Positions 9,095 through 18,678 of a stretch of DNA of 64,000 nt are shown here, piece after piece. This DNA comes from a virus: the IMG/VR virus record IMGVR_UViG_3300010354_020206, positions 4,576 through 68,575 of that record. One strand, given 5' to 3'. How positions within the stretch are numbered: the first letter of the stretch is position 1; every line of letters starts with the position of its first letter. Made by a program: the position numbers and the translations under genes. A model generated the notes under the pieces. It worked only from the letters and a program-made list of their open reading frames with translations, searched no databases and was not told the origin of the DNA.

Positions 9095-9792
9095 TCTTCG
9101 TTTTCTTTACCTTCCTGGTATGTAATTATACCTGCCTGAGCCACACCATCATCCTTAGTAATGTGAACAATATTATCGGCTTCTGGACCGAATTTATCAA
9201 ACATGTGAGTAACTAAAATTACTTGTCTGCCAGTAGAGTCAGTGACTTCTCTCAAAAATTGAACAACTTGGTCAATTTTATAATCATTTGACATTGATTT
9301 CCAAGCTTCGTCCAAAAGAATTGGCCCGTTGTATTTTAACCATTTTAATGCTGCTATACGAAGCGCGAAAGATACAACTTCAATTAGGCCTCCACCTCTC
9401 TCATTAAGCAAGCCAGTTTCCATCTCTTCGCCATTGTGTGGACTAACTATTTTAATTTCTATCCTAAAATTATTAACTCCATCTTTTCGCTGTTCTTCAA
9501 AAGTATCAAATTTCAAAGAATACTTGTCACCATAAATTTGCTGTAAAGCAGAAGTTGCTATAGCTTGAATCACATTGAGTTGCGATTGTCTCCTGTCTAC
9601 AATTTCACTTAACATGAACAAGCTTGCCTGACTGTTCAGCTTTTGTTCATCTTGTAAATTTACTAAAGCATCTTCTTCTTCTTTAATTTGCTTTTCAAGT
9701 TGCTCTTTCACACCTTTGAGTTTTATGAGAGATTCTTTTTGTTTTTTGATTTCTTCTGTGAATGATTCAAGCCTGTCGCTTAAAGCTGTCAT
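9088..9792 (-). CDS. SbcC/Rad50-like ABC ATPase, C-terminal half
   Basis: N-terminal coiled coil, signature-like RGGGLIEVVSFALR, Walker B ILLDEAW, H-loop LVTH; no Walker A. Confidence 0.85.
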   Translation of the reverse strand: MTALSDRLESFTEEIKKQKESLIKLKGVKEQLEKQIKEEEDALVNLQDEQKLNSQASLFMLSEIVDRRQSQLNVIQAIATSALQQIYGDKYSLKFDTFEEQRKDGVNNFRIEIKIVSPHNGEEMETGLLNERGGGLIEVVSFALRIAALKWLKYNGPILLDEAWKSMSNDYKIDQVVQFLREVTDSTGRQVILVTHMFDKFGPEADNIVHITKDDGVAQAGIITYQEGKENEEW

Positions 9793-10055
9793 TCTTCATG
9801 GCCCTCATTTATTTTATCTCGTTCTTCCTCAAGTTCGGTTAGTAGAGTTTCGATTTTAGATTCATTGGTTTTGATAAATTCAGGCAACTGTTTAACTGTG
9901 AGTTCAAGTTCTTCTTTGCACTCAGTTTCTAATTCAGACACTTGATTTTTCAATTCACCAAGTCTTTTTTCGTGAATCTTGATAGAAGTTTCTGCGCTAG
10001 AAATGTCTTTTTCCAGCTGCTTAATTCTTTCAGCAACGCTATTTACAGTATTCAT
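9789..10055 (-). CDS. small coiled-coil protein (possible third SbcC piece)
   Basis: 88 aa heptad-rich E/K/L sequence between SbcD and the SbcC C-half. Confidence 0.65.
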   Translation of the reverse strand: MNTVNSVAERIKQLEKDISSAETSIKIHEKRLGELKNQVSELETECKEELELTVKQLPEFIKTNESKIETLLTELEEERDKINEGHEE

Positions 10056-10059
10056 AATA

Positions 10060-11019
10060 TCAATTATCGGTCAAAGCTTTCAATGTTTGGATTGCATGAT
10101 CTGCAACTTTTTCTTCTATGCACTTCAATTTTGCAGATTTTTTTAGCGACTCATAAATATCTTCTTCTAAGTCAGTGAGGCTCATCATAGAAATTTGCTT
10201 GATGTATTTCTGAGCGTCATGCTTATTGTCTTTGATTGCTTGTGCTTCTTCAATTTTGAAGATTTCATCAGCTGGTTTACTGGATTGTAATTTGATGTAC
10301 TCTTTTTGATAAATTGCGCCAGTTAAATCATATTCTAAAAATAAAACTTGAGGTTGTTTAACAATGTTTGTATCGTTCAAGCTTTTTCTGCAAACAGAGC
10401 CTGGATTCATAAAATGAACTCCATCTGTTCTGACCTTTTCCATAGCATCATGAATGTGGCCACATACAACGATTTTAGTTTTTTGATTTAATGGAAGATC
10501 ATCAAATAATACATAGGAACCAAAATAGGGGGCTAAAGTGATAGAAATGTGAGCAGCAACTACAGGAAACTCTTTATCAAGTAAAAATCCTTCTACACAT
10601 TCTTCAACTTTAGTTGCTGTATGATGCATAAGGTAAATACCATAGTCGTTTATAGAATCATCAGTTTTTAAAGCTCCAGCTTCAATCAAAGTTCGAATTG
10701 ATGAAATAGAATAATACTGTTCGAGATTGTGCCTGACATCATGGTTGCCAATTAATGTGTACCAAGGAATCTTACTTTGTAACAAGATTTTCAAATAGCC
10801 ATTTCTTACAAATGGGCCAGGTTCAATTCGATGAAATACATCACCAAGATGAAGTACTAAATCACATTGTTTCTCATGTGCGATCTCAACAATTTCTTGC
10901 AATTCTTCTAAACAAGCTTCAGCATAATTGTCTTTTCTCTTTTCTGGAGTTGTATCGTCTCCATGAGTGTCCCCCACTACTAAAATTTTTATTTTATTTA
11001 AATTAGAGGTCTGCTGCAT
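10060..11019 (-). CDS. SbcD/Mre11-like metallophosphoesterase nuclease
   Basis: GDTH, HLGDVFH, GNHD, CGHIH and NPGS motifs. Start uncertain (ATG 11019 versus the track's 11031). Confidence 0.9.
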   Translation of the reverse strand: MQQTSNLNKIKILVVGDTHGDDTTPEKRKDNYAEACLEELQEIVEIAHEKQCDLVLHLGDVFHRIEPGPFVRNGYLKILLQSKIPWYTLIGNHDVRHNLEQYYSISSIRTLIEAGALKTDDSINDYGIYLMHHTATKVEECVEGFLLDKEFPVVAAHISITLAPYFGSYVLFDDLPLNQKTKIVVCGHIHDAMEKVRTDGVHFMNPGSVCRKSLNDTNIVKQPQVLFLEYDLTGAIYQKEYIKLQSSKPADEIFKIEEAQAIKDNKHDAQKYIKQISMMSLTDLEEDIYESLKKSAKLKCIEEKVADHAIQTLKALTDN

Positions 11020-12137
11020 GCTTCGCACCAATTGCCTTTCGCTTTGAGTTCTTCAATTAATCTTTTCAATTCTTTTTTATTATTGACAATTTTCTTTTTT
11101 TCAGTTTCAATTAAAACATTTAAAGAATTCTGCTCTTCTTCTATTTTGCTCAAATTATTAATAAAATTCGATGCTTTGTTGTTGCTTTTATTAATTTCGT
11201 TTATTGTTTCTATTTTATCTAAATTACTTTGAGATCTAAAAGTTTTCAATTTAGAAATTTCAACTTTAGTTTTGTTAAATTCGTCCGCATAGGATTTATA
11301 AGATTTAATAATTCTTTTCGCTGATGCTACATTTGAATAAATTTGTTCTAAATTTTTGAATTTAACATTTAAATTTGATAACTTTGAATTCAAATCAATT
11401 TTCTTTTTCAAACTTTTTGCTTCTTGAACAATTTTATTGTTATCAATGATAAATTGTCTTGCTTTGTTAGTTTTTTTGATTTCATTATTGATACTATCTA
11501 GCTTTTGCTCAATACTTTCAATTGATTCATAGTCTTTATCAACATAAGAATATTTTTCAAGCTCAACATTTAGCTTTTCTATCTTATCATTTTTATCTTT
11601 AATAACTCGATCAAAAGACCGGGCGTTTTTTGATAAAGTTTCAGCAGCGCTTTGAAGATTTTGAATTCCTGTTAACTCCGAAAGAGTTCTAGGCAAATCA
11701 GCGGGTGACAAATCTACTAGAAAAAGGTTAGCCATTTGATCAGCATAAGCTATTGGACGCTTCTTATCATCTAAAGGGGGCTCTCCTAATTGTTTTTTAA
11801 TTTCTTCTGGAACAGAAGTACCAACTTTTGGGAACGAATGATTATTGCCTTCTGAATCTTTGAGATTATAAGAATTAACATCATTGCCTTTTATTCTAGT
11901 TACTTCAACACCATCAGAAAATTTTAAAGTCACTCTACATTCTGTAGTACCATGCCTGATAAAACTGTCGCCTTTTAAATTATTATGAAATACAAAATTA
12001 ACAGCCCTCAAAATTGCAGACTTACCAGCATCGGATGACCCCACTATGAGATTTATCCCATTGGTTAAAGAAACAACAGAATCCTTATGATCCTGAAAAT
12101 TTTCAAGTCTGATTTCGGTAAGGTATCTAGTAGACAT
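10998..12137 (-). CDS. SbcC/Rad50-like ATPase, N-terminal half ending in a zinc hook
   Basis: LENFQDH, Walker A GSSDAGKSAILRA, Q-loop ADQ, long coiled coil, terminal CEAC. Confidence 0.88.
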   Translation of the reverse strand: MSTRYLTEIRLENFQDHKDSVVSLTNGINLIVGSSDAGKSAILRAVNFVFHNNLKGDSFIRHGTTECRVTLKFSDGVEVTRIKGNDVNSYNLKDSEGNNHSFPKVGTSVPEEIKKQLGEPPLDDKKRPIAYADQMANLFLVDLSPADLPRTLSELTGIQNLQSAAETLSKNARSFDRVIKDKNDKIEKLNVELEKYSYVDKDYESIESIEQKLDSINNEIKKTNKARQFIIDNNKIVQEAKSLKKKIDLNSKLSNLNVKFKNLEQIYSNVASAKRIIKSYKSYADEFNKTKVEISKLKTFRSQSNLDKIETINEINKSNNKASNFINNLSKIEEEQNSLNVLIETEKKKIVNNKKELKRLIEELKAKGNWCEACSRPLI

Positions 12138-12646
12138 TAAATCGGCTCCAAAAATGTTAAATTGTGCAATGATCTATTAAAGAACTTTGAGTATAAATCA
12201 TTTCTACAATCATAGCTATCTTCATTATCTGTTTTGTTGCTGAACAAATGTACTCCCTCAAGCGTTGCATCCTCTAAAATGTAAAATGGCGCCCCCTTTA
12301 TACATAGACAAGGTGAATCATTCTTATTAAAAAATGATTTGCAAACAGGACACTGAATAACTTTTGGTTCCATGTTCATACAAGCCCAAAAGTCGTTCAA
12401 ATTCAAAAAGGGCGCAGTGTTTTCAAAATATAAAAAAATCGAATTTTGATCCTTGTGATGTATAGCGGTTTGAAATCTTCCTACTGTCAGATGGTTATGT
12501 TTTAATGCCAAATGATTTTTGTAATCAATTCTAGACAAATCATTCGGCATGAATTTACCTGGGTGTACATGGTTGACAGTGAATGCATGAATAACTATCT
12601 GTCTTTTGGTATAAATAAGATTAGATAAAAGAGGGCGTTTAAACAT
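12137..12646 (-). CDS. hypothetical protein with CxxC...CxC
   Basis: 169 aa; stop overlaps the next ATG (TAATG); CPVC and CLC motifs. Confidence 0.65.
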   Translation of the reverse strand: MFKRPLLSNLIYTKRQIVIHAFTVNHVHPGKFMPNDLSRIDYKNHLALKHNHLTVGRFQTAIHHKDQNSIFLYFENTAPFLNLNDFWACMNMEPKVIQCPVCKSFFNKNDSPCLCIKGAPFYILEDATLEGVHLFSNKTDNEDSYDCRNDLYSKFFNRSLHNLTFLEPI

Positions 12647-12667
12647 ATTAACATTATAGGTATTTTT

Positions 12668-12850
12668 ATGAACATGATTAGAATTGACAGGGATATGTTA
12701 ATAGAAGATATTTTAGCTATTCGAGCCACAGTTGCGTTCGATAACTTAGAGGCAAAAGACAGGATTGATAAATTGATTTCATTAATTAGTAATTTACCAA
12801 TAGATGAAAAAAAATCTCAATTCCCAAGAACAAACATTAGAAGATTATGA
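12668..12850 (+). CDS. small hypothetical protein
   Basis: 60 aa; ATGA overlap with the next gene. Confidence 0.6.
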   Translation: MNMIRIDRDMLIEDILAIRATVAFDNLEAKDRIDKLISLISNLPIDEKKSQFPRTNIRRL

Positions 12851-13254
12851 ACATTTACAGAAAACTTAGCACATTATTGAAAGATGCATCTACCCTTGAG
12901 TTTGAAGACAAGGTTGTCCAAACTGTCAATAGAATTGCTCAAAATCAAGATGATGTAAGAGTAAATTCAGAAATTATGGGAATGATTTCAGCATTGCAGC
13001 AAGAAAACACATTATTGAAGCAACAATATACTAAGTTGTTTTTAGAAAATCAACAATTAAAGGGAACAATGCTTGATACTGCATCTGTTCCTAGTGGCGT
13101 ACAAGTAAGCGAAAGTCCGAACATGGCTGGAGGCTTAAATGTACAAGTCGATAGTACTAGCCAGCCAGTTTTGGTCAAGAATTTAAATAATCAAGAATCT
13201 GGCAAGGCTACCTTGAACGAATTCGGCTATACTCAAAACTCTAATACAAATTAA
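12847..13254 (+). CDS. hypothetical coiled-coil protein
   Basis: 135 aa; operon packing; N-terminal segment ends in RIAQ. Confidence 0.7.
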   Translation: MNIYRKLSTLLKDASTLEFEDKVVQTVNRIAQNQDDVRVNSEIMGMISALQQENTLLKQQYTKLFLENQQLKGTMLDTASVPSGVQVSESPNMAGGLNVQVDSTSQPVLVKNLNNQESGKATLNEFGYTQNSNTN

Positions 13255-13256
13255 AA

Positions 13257-13520
13257 ATGAAGAAACAAAGATTATTGGAAATTCAAAATAAAGCCAGCTC
13301 TGGCAACGCAGAATTGGCTGACTGTGTTGAAATTTTAAGTGAATTTTTTATTTCACAAAGTCAAAACAATAAAGACATAAAAAATGAATTAATTAGTTTG
13401 AACAACAAACTTGATTCTTTGAATAGAAAATTAGATCATTTAATTAAATTTACTTCAACAGATCCCATTGCTCAAATTCTGATTGAAAACATGGAAGAAG
13501 CTGAAGAAGACGAAGAATAA
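13257..13520 (+). CDS. hypothetical coiled-coil protein with acidic tail
   Basis: 87 aa; followed directly by a terminator. Confidence 0.7.
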   Translation: MKKQRLLEIQNKASSGNAELADCVEILSEFFISQSQNNKDIKNELISLNNKLDSLNRKLDHLIKFTSTDPIAQILIENMEEAEEDEE

Positions 13521-13547
13521 AAAACTCCCCTTTCGGGGAGTTTTTTA
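13518..13547. terminator. bidirectional intrinsic terminator
   Basis: AAAAAACTCCCC-TTTC-GGGGAGTTTTTT between convergent genes. Confidence 0.9.
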
Positions 13548-14228
13548 TTTTAAGCTGTCTCCAATTTCCATTGGAACTTTAAACTCTTGTTCACATTTGA
13601 AACATCCAAATTTATCGTGCATGATAAAATAAACATCGGATTCTGAACAATGTGGACATGAAATTTTTTCAATTTCGCCATTCACATTGAAAGTGATTGT
13701 TCCGAGTAAATTAGTATCTTCAATTTTAGGTAATTCCATTCCTTCGCTAAAATTTGAAGGAATAATCAATTTCTTTCTAAGACCCTCTACTGAAAGATCA
13801 GATGCATTTAAGTCTTCTAATAAATCAATTTCTTCTTCAAAATTTGATCTCAGTTCAGATTCAAAATCATCCACTTTAGCTTGTTCAAGTTTGCCAAATT
13901 TTCCTGTAATGTTAGAATTTTCAGGAACAAAATGATTCTTATTTATGATAACATTTTGAACTTGTGAAAAATACTTCACTAATACATTCGTAGTGACTGT
14001 ATCGATTGAGCCCTCTTTTTGTTCTGTTAAATCTGTGTTTAAGATAGCATTGGCTAATCTTCTTGCAGCATAAATGTTGTTATCTTCATCGGGCATGATG
14101 GCAACTGAATCTTCAAAGCTTTTTGCAATCTCTTTGATTCTATTTTGCTCATCCTCTTTAAAATTATCAAGTTCTTTATTGATAGTTTCCCAAAAGGAAA
14201 TTTTACCTTTGCTAAAATTATAATCCAT
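13545..14228 (-). CDS. acidic hypothetical protein with C-terminal zinc ribbon
   Basis: CPHC-x13-CFKC near the C-terminus; GAGGAG RBS upstream. Confidence 0.75.
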   Translation of the reverse strand: MDYNFSKGKISFWETINKELDNFKEDEQNRIKEIAKSFEDSVAIMPDEDNNIYAARRLANAILNTDLTEQKEGSIDTVTTNVLVKYFSQVQNVIINKNHFVPENSNITGKFGKLEQAKVDDFESELRSNFEEEIDLLEDLNASDLSVEGLRKKLIIPSNFSEGMELPKIEDTNLLGTITFNVNGEIEKISCPHCSESDVYFIMHDKFGCFKCEQEFKVPMEIGDSLK

Positions 14229-14262
14229 AATTTTCTCCTCTATGAATTATACTTTGTTTTTG

Positions 14263-15099
14263 TCAAAAATCTATCAATTTGAATTTCAAATTTATAGGAT
14301 AGCTGTATCCTCCAGTAGGTACATATTGCAAATCAACAGTTTCATTTGCCTCAACTACTTTATGGTAAAACTTTGTAACTTCTCTAGGATTGATTTCGCC
14401 GGTAGTTATAATTTTATTATTAACATTGAAGACACCAGTAATTTTGCCACCTCTTGGGTCTAGATAGCAAATCAAAACTTTTCTGGAATTTGTCTTATTC
14501 TTTATTTCAAAGTTATAATTGAAACCATAGTCACCTGGAATTATATCGCTTCTATTATCACCAAGTCTATAATAGTAAGGCTTATAGTTAAGTAAATTAA
14601 TTTTAAATGATTTATGAAAATTATCAGTGGTGACAATTTTTATTCCTTTGACAGCTTCGCCTGATCCCATTTCACAATGCCATTTATCTCCTTGTGAAAA
14701 TGTAGCATCAACTATTCCTGAAACTGTTGTTTTATTTGGCAAAGTGATAGTTAGTTTAGGATTCTCAATCGGTTTTCTCTTAGCTTTAAAAAAAGTAGAG
14801 TTTGCTTTCGCTCCAGCAAATCCTGGCTCTTTATCAATAGCTATTCCTGATTTAAAATCGTTAAATTTTCCTTCGAACTTTAAATTAAAAACCTGTTCAC
14901 GCCCCGTTGCATTTAGGTAATGGAAAAATATTCTTGTATTCGAAGCATTTTTTATTGTTTGTTTTCCTAATTCTCCAGATTGTGTAACTTTTTCTGGAAA
15001 GTTTAAAAACACAAGACGCTTAGCGGTGATATTATTTGCAGACAAACTAGACACAGCTAAGATTCCAAAAAGCAACAGAGCCATTAAGAAATTCTTCAT
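14263..15099 (-). CDS. exported beta-rich protein with signal peptide
   Basis: MKNFLMALLLFGILAVSSLSA is a typical Sec signal; AGGAG RBS. Confidence 0.75.
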   Translation of the reverse strand: MKNFLMALLLFGILAVSSLSANNITAKRLVFLNFPEKVTQSGELGKQTIKNASNTRIFFHYLNATGREQVFNLKFEGKFNDFKSGIAIDKEPGFAGAKANSTFFKAKRKPIENPKLTITLPNKTTVSGIVDATFSQGDKWHCEMGSGEAVKGIKIVTTDNFHKSFKINLLNYKPYYYRLGDNRSDIIPGDYGFNYNFEIKNKTNSRKVLICYLDPRGGKITGVFNVNNKIITTGEINPREVTKFYHKVVEANETVDLQYVPTGGYSYPINLKFKLIDF

Positions 15100-15197
15100 G
15101 GTGCCGCTCCTTGTGCAATTAATTGCATTAATTAAAATATTATGGAAAAAACTAAATTTGCCTCTATAAAAGAGATAATGTAAAGAGGGAAATTAAA

Positions 15198-15740
15198 ATG
15201 TCAAGAAATGTTCGTTATGATGTTTACATCAAGGTTTTAAAAGATTACTTTAGTTCAAATTCTTCATTGGAAGAATTTGGCATTATAGATTCAGAAGCAT
15301 CATCGAAAGCTTTAAGCCTGCTTAAAAGCATGCATGATGTCTATGTTGCCAAGGATTCAGATTATTCAGAAAATGACTTGCCAATGGGAAATCTAAGGGA
15401 GTCAGCTGAACTTGGAATTAGTCCTTGGAAGGGTGTTCTTTTGAGAATCGGAGATAAAAAGCGTAGAATCGGTTCTTTTATTAATAAAGAAAGTTATCAA
15501 GTTAAAGATGAAGCTGTTGAAGATACGTTAGTAGACATGGCAAACTATTCTTTATTGGGGGCAGCTTTATTTGATGAAATCTATCCTTCCTCTTTCAACG
15601 AAAGTACATGGATTGAAATGGCAAAATTTTGTATTTTGATTAAGTTGTCCTATGAGCACGATAAAAAACTTTGGATTGAAACTTTGTGGCCAAATGTACT
15701 AGATAAATACAATCAATTAGCTCGCATAGCATCAAGTTAA
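15198..15740 (+). CDS. DUF1599 / nucleotide-modification-associated (MazG-like) domain protein
   Basis: KDSDYS...GVLLRIGDKKRRI...EAVEDTLVDMANYSLL pattern. Confidence 0.7.
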   Translation: MSRNVRYDVYIKVLKDYFSSNSSLEEFGIIDSEASSKALSLLKSMHDVYVAKDSDYSENDLPMGNLRESAELGISPWKGVLLRIGDKKRRIGSFINKESYQVKDEAVEDTLVDMANYSLLGAALFDEIYPSSFNESTWIEMAKFCILIKLSYEHDKKLWIETLWPNVLDKYNQLARIASS

Positions 15741-15788
15741 TAGGAAAACACGGGGCAAAACTGTAAAACTGTTTTTAGGAGTTTTGTA

Positions 15789-18668
15789 ATGTCTCGTGTT
15801 TTCAATTTATCTAAATTCAATAATTTAAGAGAAGCAATTAACATAGAATATCCAAGGTCACCAAAAAGTCTTGAACAAATTGAAGACCTTGAGGAGAGAC
15901 AAAGGCTGTCTCCTTTACCTGTTATTCCTTTTCAAGAATTAGTAGAAACAACTTTAGGGAGAAAAGTTGAGCAAATTGATAGACAAACAATTGAAGAATT
16001 AAAAAATTATTATTTGTCTATTTTCAATACTCCCGAATCCATTGGTCCAGCTTTCGAATCTGTCAAGTCTTTATCTGTTGACATTGAGCCGACCAAAAAA
16101 ATAGAGCAACTTAGAGCAGCTTTAAAAAATCTGATGAGCGATAAATCATCAGCAGATGTTATTCAAATGGTCAAAGACGCATTTGGTGACAAGCCTGCAG
16201 AATTACAAAAATTCAAAGAAGCTGTTTTTTCTAAGTTTAATTTACAGTATGATGAAAATCTTATAGCAATTTTCAAACAAAGAGTAAATGCCAATACAAT
16301 ACCTAACATAGCCGCTTTATTTAAAAGAAATTTAGAACAGCAAGAAGATAATACTGCTATCATACTTACAGCTTCTCAAGTCAAACAAGATTATGTTTTT
16401 GCTGCAGCTGACATGCTAGCTCCATTTATAGATAAATGTAAATCTATTGGCTTAATTGAGGCTCAAATAAACTGGATTTTGTCTCATGGAAGAGATGCAG
16501 ACATTTCAAAAATGCCTTTTGCAGATGAAGAAAAAGTAGATTTTGGAACTATCAAAGAATTGATGTATGAATTTAATACTATCAATACAAGAATAGGTCA
16601 AATCTTAAGCGAAAATCCAACAGCTTTATTTTCAGAAAATGAAGCCAACATGAGAAAAGCTGGTCTATCTGACGAAGAAATTGAAATAATGAAACAAATA
16701 GCTTCACATCCAGATGTTGGAGGAGCTATCATTAGAGAAGATTACTTAGATAAATTAAATTTGAGTAAACTTGAAATACCAATTGACTCTAATGATTTAT
16801 TTGATTCTCAATATGATCCAAAATTACCAGCTTCTAGAGAAGAGCAAATTAGACTGAATCCAAATAACCTTAATCTAATAAAAGGATTGCTTGAAAAAGG
16901 CGGTTATGTTGTTGGTGGTAAAGCTGCAAAACGACTACCCAATTATCTTGCTAAAAGAAAAACAGATTATGATCTATCGCAAGAACAGTGGGAGCAAGTC
17001 CAAATGTTAATTGGACAAGGCAAAAGCTTGAATTTTGATACACAGGAATTTCCATCGGGCAGCTATGTAGATAGGGCATTGTGGTATGCTGCAAATAATC
17101 TTTGTGGTAATCAAGAAATTTTTCAAAGATTTATTGAATCATCGGGTGCTATTTTCGAGAATGATCAAGACGGACAAGAGTTAGTTGATGAAGATGGCGA
17201 TGCTATCGAATTGACAGGCGATACTAAATCTCAAATGAAAATTTTGTTTGGAGATGCTCCGCTTACAGATGATAAATACGGAGATTTTAATTTAGAGCAC
17301 GATTCCATAGATCAAAAACGCGCCATTGATACTTTGAGAAATTCATTTGCTTTGGAGGCTGTTCCCTCTTCAATGGGGATACCTGCCTTGGACGATTGTA
17401 ACATAAATGCAGAGGGTTTCCAAGTTGATTTTATTGTTATTTGCTCAGCTTTGCGAAATTGGATTGAAAACAATGGACAATTCCATCCACAAATTGATGA
17501 GCAAGTAAATTTTGTTGGCGAATACTATGGTTTCAATTTTGATTTTAAGAAGTCATTGAAGCTTTTTGATGATGAAGGAAAAATTGCAGATGTGGTTATT
17601 GATACTACTACTGGCAAGCCTAAAAAAATTAAAAGAATTCAGTCAAGTGAAGGCTTGACAATGCCTGATGGTTCTTTGGCAAAAGTAAAACTAAGAAGAA
17701 ATCCAGGTGATTCTAACAAAGACAAAATTGAAGTTGATGCTAATTTTGGAACCCCACTTGACGCTGGTAGTGAATATAAAATTCGTGAAGAATGGAAAAA
17801 AATGACAGAAGATTTCGCTGCAACTGTCTTGGGTAACGCTTCTATTCACATTCCACCTGATTTTAATGACACTGATGTTATTCAGGAATTAAACAGATGT
17901 AACATTATTTATAGATACAAGGGAACAATAGTTGACAAATCGCCTTTTATGTTTATAAACAATCATGTATCTCAATGTCAAGATGAGAATTGTTCTAGTA
18001 AAAAAACTATGCCAACTGGCGATTTACATTATTTTAGAAACTACAGCGCCAAAGAAGGCATAGTTCTAGCAAAAATAGTTGAATTTAAAATGACGCATGG
18101 ACTAGTTCCCAAACTCAGAGAAGAAAAAAATAAAACTGCTCAAGCCAAAATGCAGTTCATGAGAAAAATAGCTGCTGAAGTTAATGCTCCTGTTGCGCAA
18201 CTCTGGGCAACAATGCCTTATAAAGAATTTCTAGACAGATTTCATGCGGAACATGATTTATCTGTTAAGGGATTTGGAAGACATGAAATTTATCAATACT
18301 ATTCAGAAAAAGTAGTTCTTGAAAAACAATTAATAGATTTGATTAAATCTCCTCAACATGACTATAGAGCAGAAATAGAACTCAGAACACAAATTATTGA
18401 ACTTAAAAATAAGCATTTAAAACATTTTCAAGAAATGTATGACATGCAAACAAACATTGATGCATCGGAAAATTCCACATACACACAAACTTTACAAAAG
18501 TTAGAAGAAATAAGAGATTTGGTGTCAAGTGGGAAAGACAACATGACAAATCAACAATTGGAAGTATTGCTAGATTCTTTATTTGTATCTTATGTTCCAC
18601 AAGTAGTTGCACAAAGAAGACAAGCCATCAATTTTAAAGAATTATTCAGAATAGCAATAAAATCTTGA
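15789..18668 (+). CDS. large hypothetical protein (959 aa)
   Basis: Long ORF with AGGAG RBS, mostly helical; no family recognised. Confidence 0.8.
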   Translation: MSRVFNLSKFNNLREAINIEYPRSPKSLEQIEDLEERQRLSPLPVIPFQELVETTLGRKVEQIDRQTIEELKNYYLSIFNTPESIGPAFESVKSLSVDIEPTKKIEQLRAALKNLMSDKSSADVIQMVKDAFGDKPAELQKFKEAVFSKFNLQYDENLIAIFKQRVNANTIPNIAALFKRNLEQQEDNTAIILTASQVKQDYVFAAADMLAPFIDKCKSIGLIEAQINWILSHGRDADISKMPFADEEKVDFGTIKELMYEFNTINTRIGQILSENPTALFSENEANMRKAGLSDEEIEIMKQIASHPDVGGAIIREDYLDKLNLSKLEIPIDSNDLFDSQYDPKLPASREEQIRLNPNNLNLIKGLLEKGGYVVGGKAAKRLPNYLAKRKTDYDLSQEQWEQVQMLIGQGKSLNFDTQEFPSGSYVDRALWYAANNLCGNQEIFQRFIESSGAIFENDQDGQELVDEDGDAIELTGDTKSQMKILFGDAPLTDDKYGDFNLEHDSIDQKRAIDTLRNSFALEAVPSSMGIPALDDCNINAEGFQVDFIVICSALRNWIENNGQFHPQIDEQVNFVGEYYGFNFDFKKSLKLFDDEGKIADVVIDTTTGKPKKIKRIQSSEGLTMPDGSLAKVKLRRNPGDSNKDKIEVDANFGTPLDAGSEYKIREEWKKMTEDFAATVLGNASIHIPPDFNDTDVIQELNRCNIIYRYKGTIVDKSPFMFINNHVSQCQDENCSSKKTMPTGDLHYFRNYSAKEGIVLAKIVEFKMTHGLVPKLREEKNKTAQAKMQFMRKIAAEVNAPVAQLWATMPYKEFLDRFHAEHDLSVKGFGRHEIYQYYSEKVVLEKQLIDLIKSPQHDYRAEIELRTQIIELKNKHLKHFQEMYDMQTNIDASENSTYTQTLQKLEEIRDLVSSGKDNMTNQQLEVLLDSLFVSYVPQVVAQRRQAINFKELFRIAIKS

Positions 18669-18678
18669 GGAAATAAAA

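Noticed and set aside
15114-15127. Perfect palindrome TGCAATTAATTGCA upstream of the exported-protein gene
   Set aside because: Single AT-rich occurrence with no second copy noticed; chance cannot be excluded.
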